The position numbers were made by a program, and so were the translations under genes. Under the pieces are notes generated by a model, which saw only the letters and a list, made by a program, of their open reading frames with translations, ran no database searches and was not told the DNA's origin. Source: Haliotis cracherodii (Eukaryota). From it: a DNA stretch of 64,000 nt. Positions 26,094 through 38,620 of this stretch are shown here, one piece after another. The stretch's first letter is position 1. Every line of letters starts with the position of its first letter. The stretch spans positions 33,356,001 to 33,420,000 of the forward strand of contig NW_027266341.1 in NCBI RefSeq assembly GCF_022045235.1, read 5' to 3'.

Positions 26094-27684
26094 CTTTCAT
26101 TAGAGGGAAACAGTGACATCTTCATCTTGTTGGGGCAGTAATGGCTGCATGTGATGTAAGAATGTCAAGAGATACAGTGTAACAAGTATTCGCATTATGC
26201 GGAATGAAATTATGTCAGCAAGTAATTCCTGCTTGTTGCTTTGTAAAGCAGGTAGCTCCTCCAGAAATCTGCCTCTGCTTTTAGCCATTCATTGTTATGT
26301 TGTTTTTTTCGTAAAACAGTGTTGTGTATGTGTTTTATTGTTTTGTGTGTTTCATTCAAAACATCACGGATGTTGACCGACATAAGCAATCTTGCTATTT
26401 ATATATCTTTGTTTCAAATAAATGAAAATTCAAGTCAATCCTGAAATTGAAAACCAAATATTTTGTCTGAAATGTAAAAAAATATATGAAAATCGATAAA
26501 ATATACAAGCTTACCTTGATATGGAAGATGCTGCATAGCTCTGACCAATACAGACCATGTCCAGACGAGGAATGGCCCCAACCATGTGAAATAATTGTCA
26601 TAACTCACTAACATCGGGAAACTTGCTAAGATCTATATTTAGCTGGGATTCCCTCCTTGCATCAGTCCCCGATATAGTAGCCCCTGCAGGTGAGAATGAC
26701 CTACCTAGGATGTACTGAGTAAACAATGCAACACATGGCCGTGGGACGAAGTGGGTTATTTTACCCAAGTCCTTGTGTAGGGGCGATGTTCTTGTGGGAC
26801 ATCATTTTAAATGTCAATAAAAACATTTCTATTTTTATTTGTAATTTCAGTCTGGCGTTGATACTTTTATGGAATATAATTTTATTTATCCAACTGAAAA
26901 TGATATGGACATTGGATTAATTGTTTTCACAGGCAAATTGAGGTGTGCTTCTACTGCGTTGGCTGTGGTATAAGTGCTTCACCTACCGAGCTGTCTTTGC
27001 TATAACAATTTATTACCTACCATGAATGAAACACACCATGAATCGAATCACAGATGCAGCTCATTGATGTTAAATGTCAGCGTATTTTATATTACTTTTA
27101 TATTCAATGACGGGCAGCCATGCTATTTCATTCAAGGTGTTGCACAAGACTCTATTCTCAAGCAGATAAGGGGAAACTAAATGCTGAGTTGACAAGACTT
27201 GTCGTTGCCCGCCTCGACTATTGCATGTATGCCAAATTTACATGGCTGGGACGATCCCACTTTATTGCCGTCCTACCTGTGCTAGTTTCATTCACAAGTA
27301 GGTAAATAGCTAGCTGCCTGTCATTCATACATTTCCTAGAAGCCTATCTTAGGTGAGGACAATATGATAAATGAAGGCTGATAGACCGTGCCAGAGGAAC
27401 CTTATTGAATGCAGAAAGGGAATCCATATCGAAATATACTTTTGTGTTGGGCAAGATGTTTTCTTATTCAAACGCCTGAAAAGAAATTGTGTATCATCTT
27501 GGTGTTATGTACATTGAAGACTGATATTTTAGATGAGTGTGCAGGACATAATAACTAGATACTTTCAGGGTTCCCCTAGGTGTTTTTATTTTTGGGAGTT
27601 TAAATAAAACATTTGATTTGACATCATGATTTTATTTGCGAATTGCTGCTGTGTGCATTATTACATTGACTGTGATGTCTACTA

Positions 27685-28715
27685 GTGGGTGAGACAGTGC
27701 ATGCACTGGTATGTTGTAGGTCTACTAATGTGTGTAGTGTGTTCGTGGGTGAGACAGTGCATGCACTGGTATGTTGTGAGTCTACTAATGTGTGTAGTGT
27801 GTTTGTGGGTGAGACAGTGCATGCACTGGTATGTTGTGAGTCTACTAATGTGTGTAGTGTGTTCGTGGGTGAGACAGTGCATGCACTGGTATGTTGTGAG
27901 TCTACTAATGTGTGTAGTGTGTTCGTGGGTGAGACAGTGCATGCACTGGTATGTTGTGAGTCTACTAATGTGTGTAGTGTGTTCGTGGGTGAGACAGTGC
28001 ATGCACTGGTATGTTGTGGGTCTACTAATGTGTGTAGTGTGTTCGTGGGTGAGACAGTGCATGCACTGGTATGTTGTGAGTCTACTAATGTGTGTAGTGT
28101 GTTTGTGGGTGAGACAGTGCATTCACTGGTATGTTGTGAGTCTACTAATGTGTGTAGTGTGTTCATGGGTGAGACAGTGCATGCACTGGTATGTTGTGGG
28201 TCTACTAATGTGTGTAGTGTGTTCGTGGGTGAGACAGTGCATGCACTGGTATGTTGTGAGTCTACTAATGTGTGTAGTGTGTTCGTGGGTGAGACAGTGC
28301 ATGCACTGGTATGTTGTGAGTCTACTAATGTGTGTAGTGTGTTCGTGGGTGAGACAGTGCATGCACTGGTATGTTGTGAGTCTACTAATGTGTGTAGTGT
28401 GTTCGTGGGTGAGACAGTGCATGCACTGGTATGTTGTGAGTCTACTAATGTGTGTAGTGTGTTCGTGGGTGAGACAGTGCATGCACTGGTATGTTGTGAG
28501 TCTACTAATGTGTGTAGTGTGTTCGTGGGTGAGACAGTGCATTCACTGGTATGTTGTGAGTCTACTAATGTGTGTAGTGTGTTCGTGGGTGAGACAGTGC
28601 ATGCACTGGTATGTTGTGAGTCTACTAATGTGTGTAGTGTGTTCGTGGGTGAGACAGTGCATTCACTGGTATGTTGTGAGTCTACTAATGTGTGTAGTGT
28701 GTTTGTGGGTGAGAC
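27685..28715. repeat. Minisatellite, 60-bp unit, 17 copies, highly homogeneous
   Basis: gtgggtgagacagtgcatgcactggtatgttgtgagtctactaatgtgtgtagtgtgttc. Confidence 0.97.
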
Positions 28716-28791
28716 GCAAGTTATAACAGGTCATACACCAAAGTGCTTCCCTTATGATTTCTTTTCATATTGGGTATTTCTAACTGTCCAA

Positions 28792-29092
28792 ACCACCTCT
28801 GTGGTCTAGTGGTAGAGTTTCCACCTAGAGAGAGGAAGGTCCAGGGTTCGATTGGCAGTAAGTGGTTAAAGAAGGACTGATTGGCTCACAGACAGTATAC
28901 TGAGTCTGAGTGGGCTATTCATGTTAAGCAGCGGCATGGTATCTCAGTGGGCTAGCACTATAAATCGGCATCAGTCTGGACTAGTACATGCAGCCACACA
29001 CACACACACACACACACACATGAATGCACGTCGCAATATAAGTGCAATAATCTTGGATGCAACATTTAAACCCATTTCACCTGTCCTCACCA
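28792..29092 (+). mobile_element. SINE family D (tRNA head, internal (CA)n, (CACCT)n tail), internally deleted copy
   Basis: A box TGGTCTAGTGG, B box GGTTCGATT, then gggctagcacta...gactagtac..cacacac...aaacccatttcacc. Confidence 0.75.
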
Positions 29093-29189
29093 CGCCTAAC
29101 TGTCCATATGTATTTTGTGTCCTTAAAAGTCAAAGGCTATTGTATTAAAGACTCAAATCATATGATCATGCTTCTGTAATGTGGATTCC

Positions 29190-29545
29190 AGGACAGGGAA
29201 GTCTACCGTACTTGTTACACAGTGCTTGTTGTAAGAAGGGCCAGTCTGGGGATTATAGGACGGCATAGTCTGCAGTAAACCATACTTGTTAGAAGGGCCA
29301 GTCTGGGGATTGTTGGACAGGGAAGTCTAAAGTAGACCGTGTTTGTTGTAAGAAGGGCCAGTCTGGGGATTATAGGATGGCATAATCTGCAGTAAACCAT
29401 ACTTGTAAGAAGCGCCAGTCTGGGGATTGTAGGACAGGGAAGTCTACCGTACACCGTGCTTGTTGGAAGAAGGGCCAGTCTGGGGATTATAGGACGGCAT
29501 AGTCTGCAGTAAACCATACTTGTAAGAAGGGCCAATCTGGGGATT
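29190..29545. repeat. Minisatellite, 117-bp dimer (57+60), three copies
   Basis: gggccagtctggggatt at 29238, 29295 and 29355. Confidence 0.9.
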
Positions 29546-31289
29546 CCACGACAGTATAGTCCACTGATTACTGAAAAGCAAGTTCCAAATGAAGGAAATC
29601 CAAGGTTCAAAAACACTGAAAAAACACAGCAAGAGCCCAAAATAAATCAGTATTTTCACAAGTGACCCCAGACTGGCAACATGAAGTGTGGATGGGACAT
29701 TTAGGTTACTTTCCCATTTCAATGATAGCCAGTAACAATAGCAAGATCTGAATAGGTAATTTTCTCCATCAAACATGGCATGAATGTAGTCAGCCAGCCT
29801 GCACATTGCCACCTACTAGTGCTGTCTGGGGGTGGTATTCACCTACCTATATCTGTTGTAGTCTAGTCTATGTCTACACACACACACAGTCAATAGTGCT
29901 GCTCCCTACACAGTGGTCGGTATTCAGGGGACCAGCAGTGTGGAGAACATTGGGGGGCCGGCAGACATATGTAGTTGGTATTCACAACACTGTACAATAA
30001 TGGCTTTGTAGAAATGGTATTGAAAGAGAATGATATTTGTGATAGCTTTGGGAAGTCTTCACGTCTATGCTTTACAATTTTGTGTTTTGGATAATAGCTG
30101 AATTCATTTATGATAATCAATTTTTCGCATCTTTGAAACCAGGGCGGCGGCACAATTTGCTCACCTGCACAATATATATTCTTGGACATTGGTGATAAGC
30201 AATTAATCATGGTGGAGGAATGTCAGATGCTGTATGTAGCAAGTTCATGGGAAACCCAGCCAATCAGATGTTTTCACTTAGGCATGACAGGGAATAACAC
30301 TTTAACAGGGTGCTACGACAGGTCTGTGATGCATATTTTACCCTTATTATACATTTGGTTGGGTGGCCTTATGGTTAAAACTTTCAAAGTTTTTGATTCC
30401 GTAACTGGTTGTAATGTGTCCATTCTGGCTATCCCTGTCCTTGATGTTGCTTAAATTAGGATGAAATTAGTCATCATCTTTAGATTAAACTACAAGAGCC
30501 AACAGCAAATGGGCCAGAGTACCTCCTTTACCTTCCAACACAGGTATGATGGTTCTGTCTCAGGCATATCCAGTCAAAATAAGTTCTAAAAAGGTTAAAT
30601 TTTCTCAACGTGTCTACACCCTAAAATTGAAAATAAGACTGATCCTAATGATAGTAAAGAGTTCTCAAGGGCTGAGACTACTCCTGGAAATCTCCCCTAT
30701 GGTTTGCTCCATAAACAGAGAGAGAAATATTAATTAACACACTGAGTGTGATATATGTGTCAGGTCGGGTAGTATGTCAGGCTTACTTGTCGACAGCAGC
30801 ACCAGAATATCAGGATGATTTGCTGTCCCTCAGCGACCTTTCTGTGAGCCTAATGCCGTCTCCTGATGGCATCATGCTGTCAATATGCTTTTATCTCGGG
30901 GATAGTTAGAAATCAAAATGTTTCTCAGATTACGCCAGTATATGGAAGCCATTTCTGGAAAATTAGATTTGAAAGAGGAATGTGATGATGAAGAAGATGT
31001 TCCAACTTTTCTTAGATGATACATAGTGTATTGATTGTGTGAGGCTCCCGTGCCACCATGGTATCTGATGTGAGGAGCCTAGTCTAAACACACATCAGCA
31101 GTCAATTAAATGATGAAAAACCTTATCTTTATTGGTGGGAATGTGCATGAGTGCGTGGGGATAGTGTGACCTCCCACACACATCTGGGATATTCAGGGGG
31201 CAACGTGGGTAGTGGAGACTTGGAAATGTGTGAGCCTTGACAGTCATATTGTGTGATGTGTGTTGACGGGTGTGGGGATTTGTGTGTAT

Positions 31290-31780
31290 TGACTGTCACA
31301 GAGTTTACTATTGACAGTCACAGTGAATTGTGCGCATTAACTATCACAGCGAATTACGGGTTTTATGTGTATTGAGAGTCACTGGGATTTACGTGGATTG
31401 ACAGTCACAAGGAATTACGTGTGTTGACAGTAACGGGGGGATAATGTGTATTGTCAGTCATAGGGAATTACGTGTATTGACAGTCGTAGGGAATTATGTT
31501 TATTGACAGTCACAGGGAATTACGTGTATTGACAGTCACAGGGAATTACGTGTACTGACAGTCGTAGGGAATTATGTTTATTGACAGTCGCAGGGACTTA
31601 CGTGTATTGACAGTCACATGGAATTACGTGGATTGACAGTCACAAGGAATTACGTGTATTGACAGTCGCAGGGAATTACGTGTATTGACAGTCACAGGGA
31701 ATTACTTGTATTGACAGTCACAGGGAATTATGTGTATTGTCAGTCATAGGGAATTACGGTATTGTCAGTCATAGGGAATC
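31290..31780. repeat. Minisatellite, 26-bp unit
   Basis: gacagtcacagggaattacgtgtatt. Confidence 0.92.
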
Positions 31781-32786
31781 ATAGATTTATACTATTTCCA
31801 TGAAATTACTTGTTAAAGTACCATTGTTGGCAAACTAATAGACTGACATGCGACAAGTTTATGTTTGTTTGGGTGTGATCTGACAGATTGAACCATCCAT
31901 ACCAATTTTAGTTAAATCTAATGACCGTCACTACAAGTCTGACCTCCTCCTGTAAAGAAACAAGTGTAGGAAATATGTATTGCAAACTGTTGTAGAAATG
32001 AAACTTGTATGAAAGAAGAATTAAATGTAGCATTATCTGCCTCCAGGTGTTTCAAGTATTTGTTGATGTTATTCTCAAAATCTTGTTTGTGACCTTCCTT
32101 GTCTGAACAATAGTAGGAAGATATTGAGGTCGTTATGTTTGTGAATTAAGACTACCTCCACTGTCTGCGACATCAGCTACTAATACGAAGCCTGAGGCTA
32201 GAAAAATTCTGATCATCGAGTTAACTCTGCTAGTAATTTTATATAGTCTATTATAAATAACAACCTGAAAAGCTACAGAGAATTATTCTTACAGCTGAGT
32301 TCGGGCAAGTGGACTCCGAGGTATTTTGTACAGACTGCCTCCATTTCACATCAGTATGAAATCTTGTATTGTCAATTTTCAGCCTGATATAAGTACCTTA
32401 ACATAGAAATACGCCAATTCCACCATTTGGATGTTTGGATTTGCTGCCAACGGTATGCTTGACGTCTTGATAAAAACCTCCTCTTCAATAAACACAACTC
32501 CATGGGGAGCAAGAAACATCTCCCATAATCTTGTCTTGGAATGTTTAGTTATGGCGAATATTCTCTTTAGATTCGTGAATGTGACAGGGATCTTATCCTT
32601 GCCATGCAACATTATAGTAAACAACTTACGACTTTCTTCAACATCCAGTGTTAATTGTTCCATTATGCAACATATCTGTTGATTCTGTAAATTTGTGTGA
32701 TGTCTGTTTGCCATGTTTGAGATAATAGATGGACATAGAAAATGGATAAAATGCTTGTTTGATCATAAGGACAAAATCTTGATACT

Positions 32787-32990
32787 GTTTGTTTGTTGTT
32801 TAACGCTGCACTCAGCAATATTCCAGCTATATGACAGCAGTCTGTAAATAATCGAGTCTAGACCAGACAAACCAGTGATCAACATCATGAGCATCGATCC
32901 ACGCAATTGGGATACGATGACATGCATCAACCAAGTCAGCGAGTCTGAACACCCGATCCCGTTAGTCGCCTCTTACGGCAAGCATTGGTG
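32787..32990 (-). mobile_element. SINE-like family C, 5'-truncated copy
   Basis: Tail and body match the family C consensus. Confidence 0.8.
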
Positions 32991-33157
32991 GATCAGCAAG
33001 GTCTCCAGTGATTATTTATCGTCCACCACATACTAACCGAGGACATCAGTTCTCAAGCACCAAACACTTTTGATGCAACTAAATGGGCATTTGGTGGCCA
33101 CAATGGATGTTGGAGGCGTTGGGCCTGATGTCAGTGACCTGCCTGCTTAACTTTCAG

Positions 33158-33324
33158 TGGGGGCGGTCCGGTAGCCTTGTGGTTAAAGAGTTCGCTCGTT
33201 ATGCCGAAGACGCGGGTTAAATTCTCAACATGGGTACAATTTTTGAAGCCCATTTCTGGTGGCCCCCGCCGTGATATTGCAGGAATATTGCTAAAAACGG
33301 AGTAAAACCATACTCACTCACTCA
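33158..33324 (+). mobile_element. SINE family B copy
   Basis: Homologous to 24728-24890. TSD cttaac(t/a)ttcag. Confidence 0.8.
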
Positions 33325-33349
33325 CTTAACATTCAGATATGGGTCTTCA

Positions 33350-33685
33350 GGATTCCAGGCTTGTCTCCCTATTGGGATTCAGGGTCAGAATAGGCCCCCA
33401 GTACCCCAAGCTTGTCTCCCTGTGAGGAGTCATGGTCAGAATAGGCCTCCAGTATCCCATGCTTGTCTCCCTGTGAGGAGTCATGGTCAGAATAGGCCTC
33501 TAGTATCCCAAGCTTGTCTCCCTGTGAGGAGTCAGGGTCAGAATAGGCCTCCAGTACCCCAAGCTTGTCTCCCTGTGAGGAGTCATGGTCAGAATAGGCC
33601 TCTAGTATCCCAAGCTTGTCTCCCTGTGATGATTCAGGTCAGAATAGGCCTCTAGTATCCCATGCTTGTCTCCCTGTGAGGAGTC
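33350..33685. repeat. Minisatellite, 51-bp unit
   Basis: tgtgaggagtcatggtcagaataggcctc..agtatcccaagcttgtctccc. Confidence 0.92.
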
Positions 33686-33937
33686 TCTAACACACCAACC
33701 CATGCTTGCTGTAACAATGAAATGAAATGAGCATTGAGTGGTTAGAATGCATAACCTGATTGATTGTCTTCCTGTAGAGCATTGCTCAAGCTATCAACCA
33801 CTAGTTTTCCTAACACTAACTTGATGTTATCTACCCCTGACCTCAGTGCAAGTGTTGTTGTTACCGTGGCTAATGTTGTGTAGGCAATTCCTTGAAAATG
33901 TTTTGAAGTGTCTGATAATGCATACTTTACATTTCAG

Positions 33938-34020
33938 AGCCAAGATCTGGTTTTCGTATCGCCTTCAACATGTTTGACACTGACGGTAACCAAATAGTTG
34001 ACAAGAAAGAGTTTCTGGTG
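33938..34020 (+). CDS. MICU3: MICU3-like calcium uptake protein, internal exon carrying EF-hand 1: (K)PRSGFRIAFNMFDTDGNQIVDKKEFLV
   Basis: Boundaries are tttcag| and |gtaagt, 83 bp (phase 1 to 0). The peptide closely matches vertebrate MICU3 KPHAGFRIAFNMFDTDGNEMVDKKEFLV (from memory) and has the canonical EF loop DTDGNQIVDKKE. Confidence 0.93.
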
Positions 34021-34059
34021 GTAAGTACAAGATTTGGAGCTGTAAGGAGGAGCCCATCT

Positions 34060-35452
34060 AATTGGTGGCCATCTCATGAAGCACCTGGAGCATCAGGGCG
34101 TGGGTGAGGGTTGTTGGGAGGTGCTTGGTGCCCATCTCATGGTGCACCTGGAGCATCAGAGGTGGGTGAGGGTTGTTGGGAGGTGCTTGGTGGCCATCTC
34201 TTGGTACACCTGGAGCATCAGAGGTGGGTGAGGATTGTTGGGAGGTGCTTGGTGGCCATCTCATGAAGCACCTAGAGCATCAGAGGTGGGTGAGGATTGT
34301 TGGGAGGTGCTTTGTGGCCATCTCTTGTTGCACCTGGAGCATCAGAGGTGGGTGAGGGTTGTTGGGAGGGGCCTAGGTGCTTTGTGGCCATCTCTTGGTG
34401 CACCCGGAGCATCAGGGCGTGGGTGAGGGTTGTTGGGAGGTGCTTGGTGGCCATCTCTTGGTGCACCTGGAGCATCAGAGGTGGGTGAGGGTTGTTGGGA
34501 GGCGCCTAGGTGCTTTGTGGCCATCTCTTGGTGCACCTGGAGCATCAGAGGTGGGTGAGGGTTGTTGGGAGGTGCTTGGTGGCCATCTCTTGGTGCACCT
34601 GGAGCATCAGAGGTGGGTGGGGTTTGTTGGGAGGTGCTTGGTGGTCATCCCTTGTTGCACCTGGAGCATCAGGGCGTGGGTGAGGGTTGTTGGGAGGTGC
34701 TTGGTGGCCATCTCTTGGTGCACCTGGAGCATCAGGGCGTGGGTGAGGGTTGTTGGGAGGTGCTTGGTGGCCATCTCTTGGTGCACCTGGAGCATCAGGG
34801 CGTGGGTGGGGGTTGTTGGGAGGTGCTTGGTGGTCATCCCTTGTTGCACCTGGAGCATCAGAGGTGGGTGAGGGTTGTTGGGAGGTGCTTGGTGGCCATC
34901 TCTTGGTGCACCTGGAGCATCAGGGCGTGGGTGGGGGTTGTTGGGAGGTGCTTGGTGGCCATCTCTTGGTGCACCTGGAGCATCAGGGCATGGATGAGGG
35001 TTGTTGGGAGGTGCTTGGTGGCCATCTCTTGGTGCACCTGGAGCATCAGGGCGTGGGTGGGGGTTGTTGGGAGGTGCTTTGTGGCCATCTCTTGGTGCAC
35101 CTAGAGCATCAGGGCATGGATGGGGGTTGTTGGGAGGTGCTTGGTGGCCATCTCTTGGTGCACCTGGAGCATCAGGACGTGGGTGAGGGTTGTTGGGAGG
35201 TGCTTGGTGGCCATCTCTTGGTGCACCTGGAGCATCAGGGCGTGGGTGGGGGTTGTTTGGAGGTGCTTTGTGGCCATCTTTTGGTGCACCTGGAGCATCA
35301 GGACGTGGGTGAGGGTTGTTGGGAGGTGCTTGGTGGCCATCTCTTCGTGCACCTGGAGCATCAGGGCGTGGGTGAGGGTTGTTGGGAGGTGCTTTGTGGC
35401 CATCTCTTGTTTGCACCTGGAGCATCAGGGCGTGGGTGGGGGTTGTTGGGAG
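34060..35452. repeat. G-rich minisatellite, 62/63-bp unit
   Basis: ggtggccatctcttggtgcacctggagcatcagggcgtgggtgagggttgttgggaggtgctt. Confidence 0.95.
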
Positions 35453-37610
35453 GAGACCTGGTAATTGGTGGGCATCTTGTGGGACACCTGGATCATTAAG
35501 GATAAATTAATTATATTTTGATGTCTCTAGCTTCTCTTTGTTGAGGGCATTCCATTGGCCATGTAAGGTTATTGAGGTTTCTTAGGGCAAAGAGATTTCA
35601 TAGGACATAGGCTATATATGTTTTTGAGGTCATTTTTTAGTTTCTGAAAGTTTGTTGGGGTGATTTAGCTTGTCAAGTTCATGGAGTTTCAAGTAATTTT
35701 TGTTTAATTTTGTTATGATGTGGGAATTATCCAAATGTTCCAGTGACCTTAACAGCCTCTATTTATTTTGATTTATCTTAGTTTATGGTGTTCAGATTGA
35801 CTATAGTCGAGACCTGTTGGATGTGATGTCATAACAGTTGTGCTGATTCTATAAACAAATATGTTACCTCAATTTTTTCATCTTTTGGGCTGAAAGCGTG
35901 GACACCAGTCTATTATTTCGAGTGTACAGTGCTGCCCCAAACATGCTGCATCGTAATGGAGTATATGGTATAAGTTTCTCTTATGTCCCCATGTTGATCG
36001 CTACACAAAATCGAGTTCAGATACATTGGTACCCCATTAGTTCAGACACCTTGCCCTCCGGATGATTACTGATGGAAAGGTCTTTATATTAAGGGGCATT
36101 ACAACTTGTTAATACTTCGATAATCGTGAAGTTTGTTAATCTGGTAGATCTTGCTCGGAGCAGCACTGTTGGTAACTTCATTTTCATTAAACACTTCCGT
36201 TCCCATACTGATCATGTGTTAGTCTGTCTCTCAGACCCTAGAGAATAATTTAAAAAATTAATCCAAATCAAGTGTAGAATGATTTGGCATGTCTAGATTG
36301 CCTCCGCTCCAGATATTATGGGTTGTTCTGTGCTCCATTTGGATTATATTTTATGTTTTTGTACATATGTATCCTTAAGTAAGATAACTTTCGGGGAGAT
36401 GAAATGCTAGACTACTGAATTGGTGTGCTGTGTGAGATATGAAGCAGGACTTCGCCTTTGAGTCACAGGTGCATTGGGTGGAGAAAATGTATAGAGTATT
36501 AGTATAGTCTGTGATTTTCAGTAGACTTTAATAGACTAACATGACCAGAGCATACTAGACAGAGAAGTATTTCACTGGACTTCAGACTGGTGTCCTACAT
36601 GATGAACCGCAGGCCTATGATGATGATGAAGACCCCAACAACACGGGACTCGTGCTATCAATCACTGGATTGTCTGGTACATGTGGCTGGAATATTGCCG
36701 AATGTCGTGTTGGCCTTTTGTTTTAGAAAAAAAACATTGAAACTGCTGGCAAGGTTGTACATGGATGGCTGGACAGGTTGCCAGGAGGTTATTCCAGTAT
36801 ATAGGAGTTTCTATACGTCTTTACAGCCCACTTCCGTGAATTGTGTTCGGAATAGATACATACCCAGCACGCCATGAATTACATGCAGAATGTTATCATT
36901 CCAACAGTTTTTGACAAATGAGCTGTCCATTTAATAACAACATTGAAAGACCACGAGTCACAATATCCTCCCTATGAGGTCCCTGTCAATGGCTGTGATC
37001 ATTATTTACTGCCAGGAATTAGCAAGGGTGAAAAAAAACTGTATTGTTTGGTAGTCAATTGTAATAGGTATTTGTGACTGAGACCCCCAGGTGTATCGGT
37101 GTGGGGTAGGAGGCAAATTACCTCAGCTAATTTCTTGTATTTCTGATGTTTATCTGCATAAATGTAACAGCAAGAGGTTGATAAAGAGATAGTACTCAAG
37201 GTGGGCATTTCCATGAATTTCTTTTTAAAGAAATCTTTATATTCTTGAACTTTCTGATATGTTAAGGAGTAGCAGATGTTTGTTCCCCCTGGAGGTTTGA
37301 CGTGGTTCAGACACTGGTAATGCTTGGGGAACAGATATATGGTCAAAGGGGGGCAACTGTGTAAGGTTTGGCTGCCAGATACTCTCCATAATTAAGGGCA
37401 TAAATTAATCATTGACCTGAATCACTGTATGAACATTAAATAAGGAATAAATCATTGGTGATTTGGTAAATGTGTATGTCACTGTGTGTTACATTGTGAC
37501 ATTGCCTCCCGAACAAAGTTATGCAATTACCATGGGTCACAAGTGGACAAGTAGTGATGATGTTAGGACTCACCCACTCACTCACTCACTCACTCACTCA
37601 CTCTCTCACT

Positions 37611-37851
37611 CGGACATGCCAGAAACCTATGATTGAGGGTTCGAATCCTGGTTCGCCCCAATTATGTTTCTAGATTTGTCAGCACCATACCAGTGCTCGT
37701 GGGTTTCACCAAAGTGGTAAACGTCTGAGACCTGTATCACCCCTGCTGTCCTCCCACATTAAGCTGACACGCTTCGCTATAACTGGGATACTATTAAAAG
37801 CAGCGTAAAACCAAACTCACTCACTCACTCACTCACTCACTCACTCACTCA
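37611..37851 (+). mobile_element. SINE family A, 5'-truncated copy between (ACTC)n tracts
   Basis: Starts at gccagaaacctatgatt..GGTTCGAATCC; body and tail match the other copies. Confidence 0.8.
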
Positions 37852-38354
37852 CCTTTGTATTCTGCAGGATAATAAGTCCAAACATTTAGGTCGGTAGGTC
37901 GAAAACAATTTCAATATTTTAATATATGTTTTATGTTTCATCAAAATGTTAAAAAGATAATGGAAAAAACATGGGGGTGAAGGAGTAGGGAGAGAAACAA
38001 CAATAAATATCTAGGCTGGATTCACTGTTCAATGCAATCATAGATTTCTGTAAAATATTTCATTATCAGTGGAATGAAAAAACAGTTTTTCATTTTTTTA
38101 TTATTTATTTATTTTTTAAATGACAAATTTGGGAAGTCAGCACATTCATAAACCATGCGTTAAAATAAGTCTGGCCTAAGGGCACTGCTATATCAGTAGG
38201 AGAACTACAGGAATTACAGCCCTCCCCCTCCTCGGTGGCGTCCTCGCACATGTGCACGATTAATTCCGTGTCAGCAGTTTCAGTAGCCTGGATGAATAAA
38301 ACAGAAGACACCAGACACAAGATACCATGTATTTACTTTGGACACATATTGCTG

Positions 38355-38620
38355 ATGTGATCCGGGATAGAATAGGTCTTCAGCAACCCATGCTTGGCGT
38401 AAAAGGCGACTCTGCTTGTCCTAAGAGGCGACTAATGGGATCGGGTGGTCAGGCTCGCTGACTTGGTTGATGCATGCCATCGTATCCCTGTTGTGTGGAT
38501 CCATGCTCATGATGTCAATCACTGGATTGTCTGGTCCAGACTCGATTATTTACTGACTGACGTCATGTAGCTGGAATATTGCTGAGTGTGGCTTTAAACA
38601 ACAAACAAACAAAACAAAAC
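38355..38620 (+). mobile_element. SINE-like family C copy
   Basis: gatccgggatagaataggtcttcagcaaccc...aaacaacaaacaaac. Confidence 0.85.

Noticed and set aside
27624-28809. 345/374-aa Cys-rich ORFs
   Set aside because: Translations of a 60-bp minisatellite; no non-repetitive domain.
30505-30544. PEYLLYLPTQ followed by gtatga, as the missing MICU3 exon
   Set aside because: Wrong phase, no ISYTE motif, no suitable acceptor.
32379-32714. Possible transposase relic (TSSIPLA resembles piggyBac FTSIPLA)
   Set aside because: Single short motif without supporting catalytic context.
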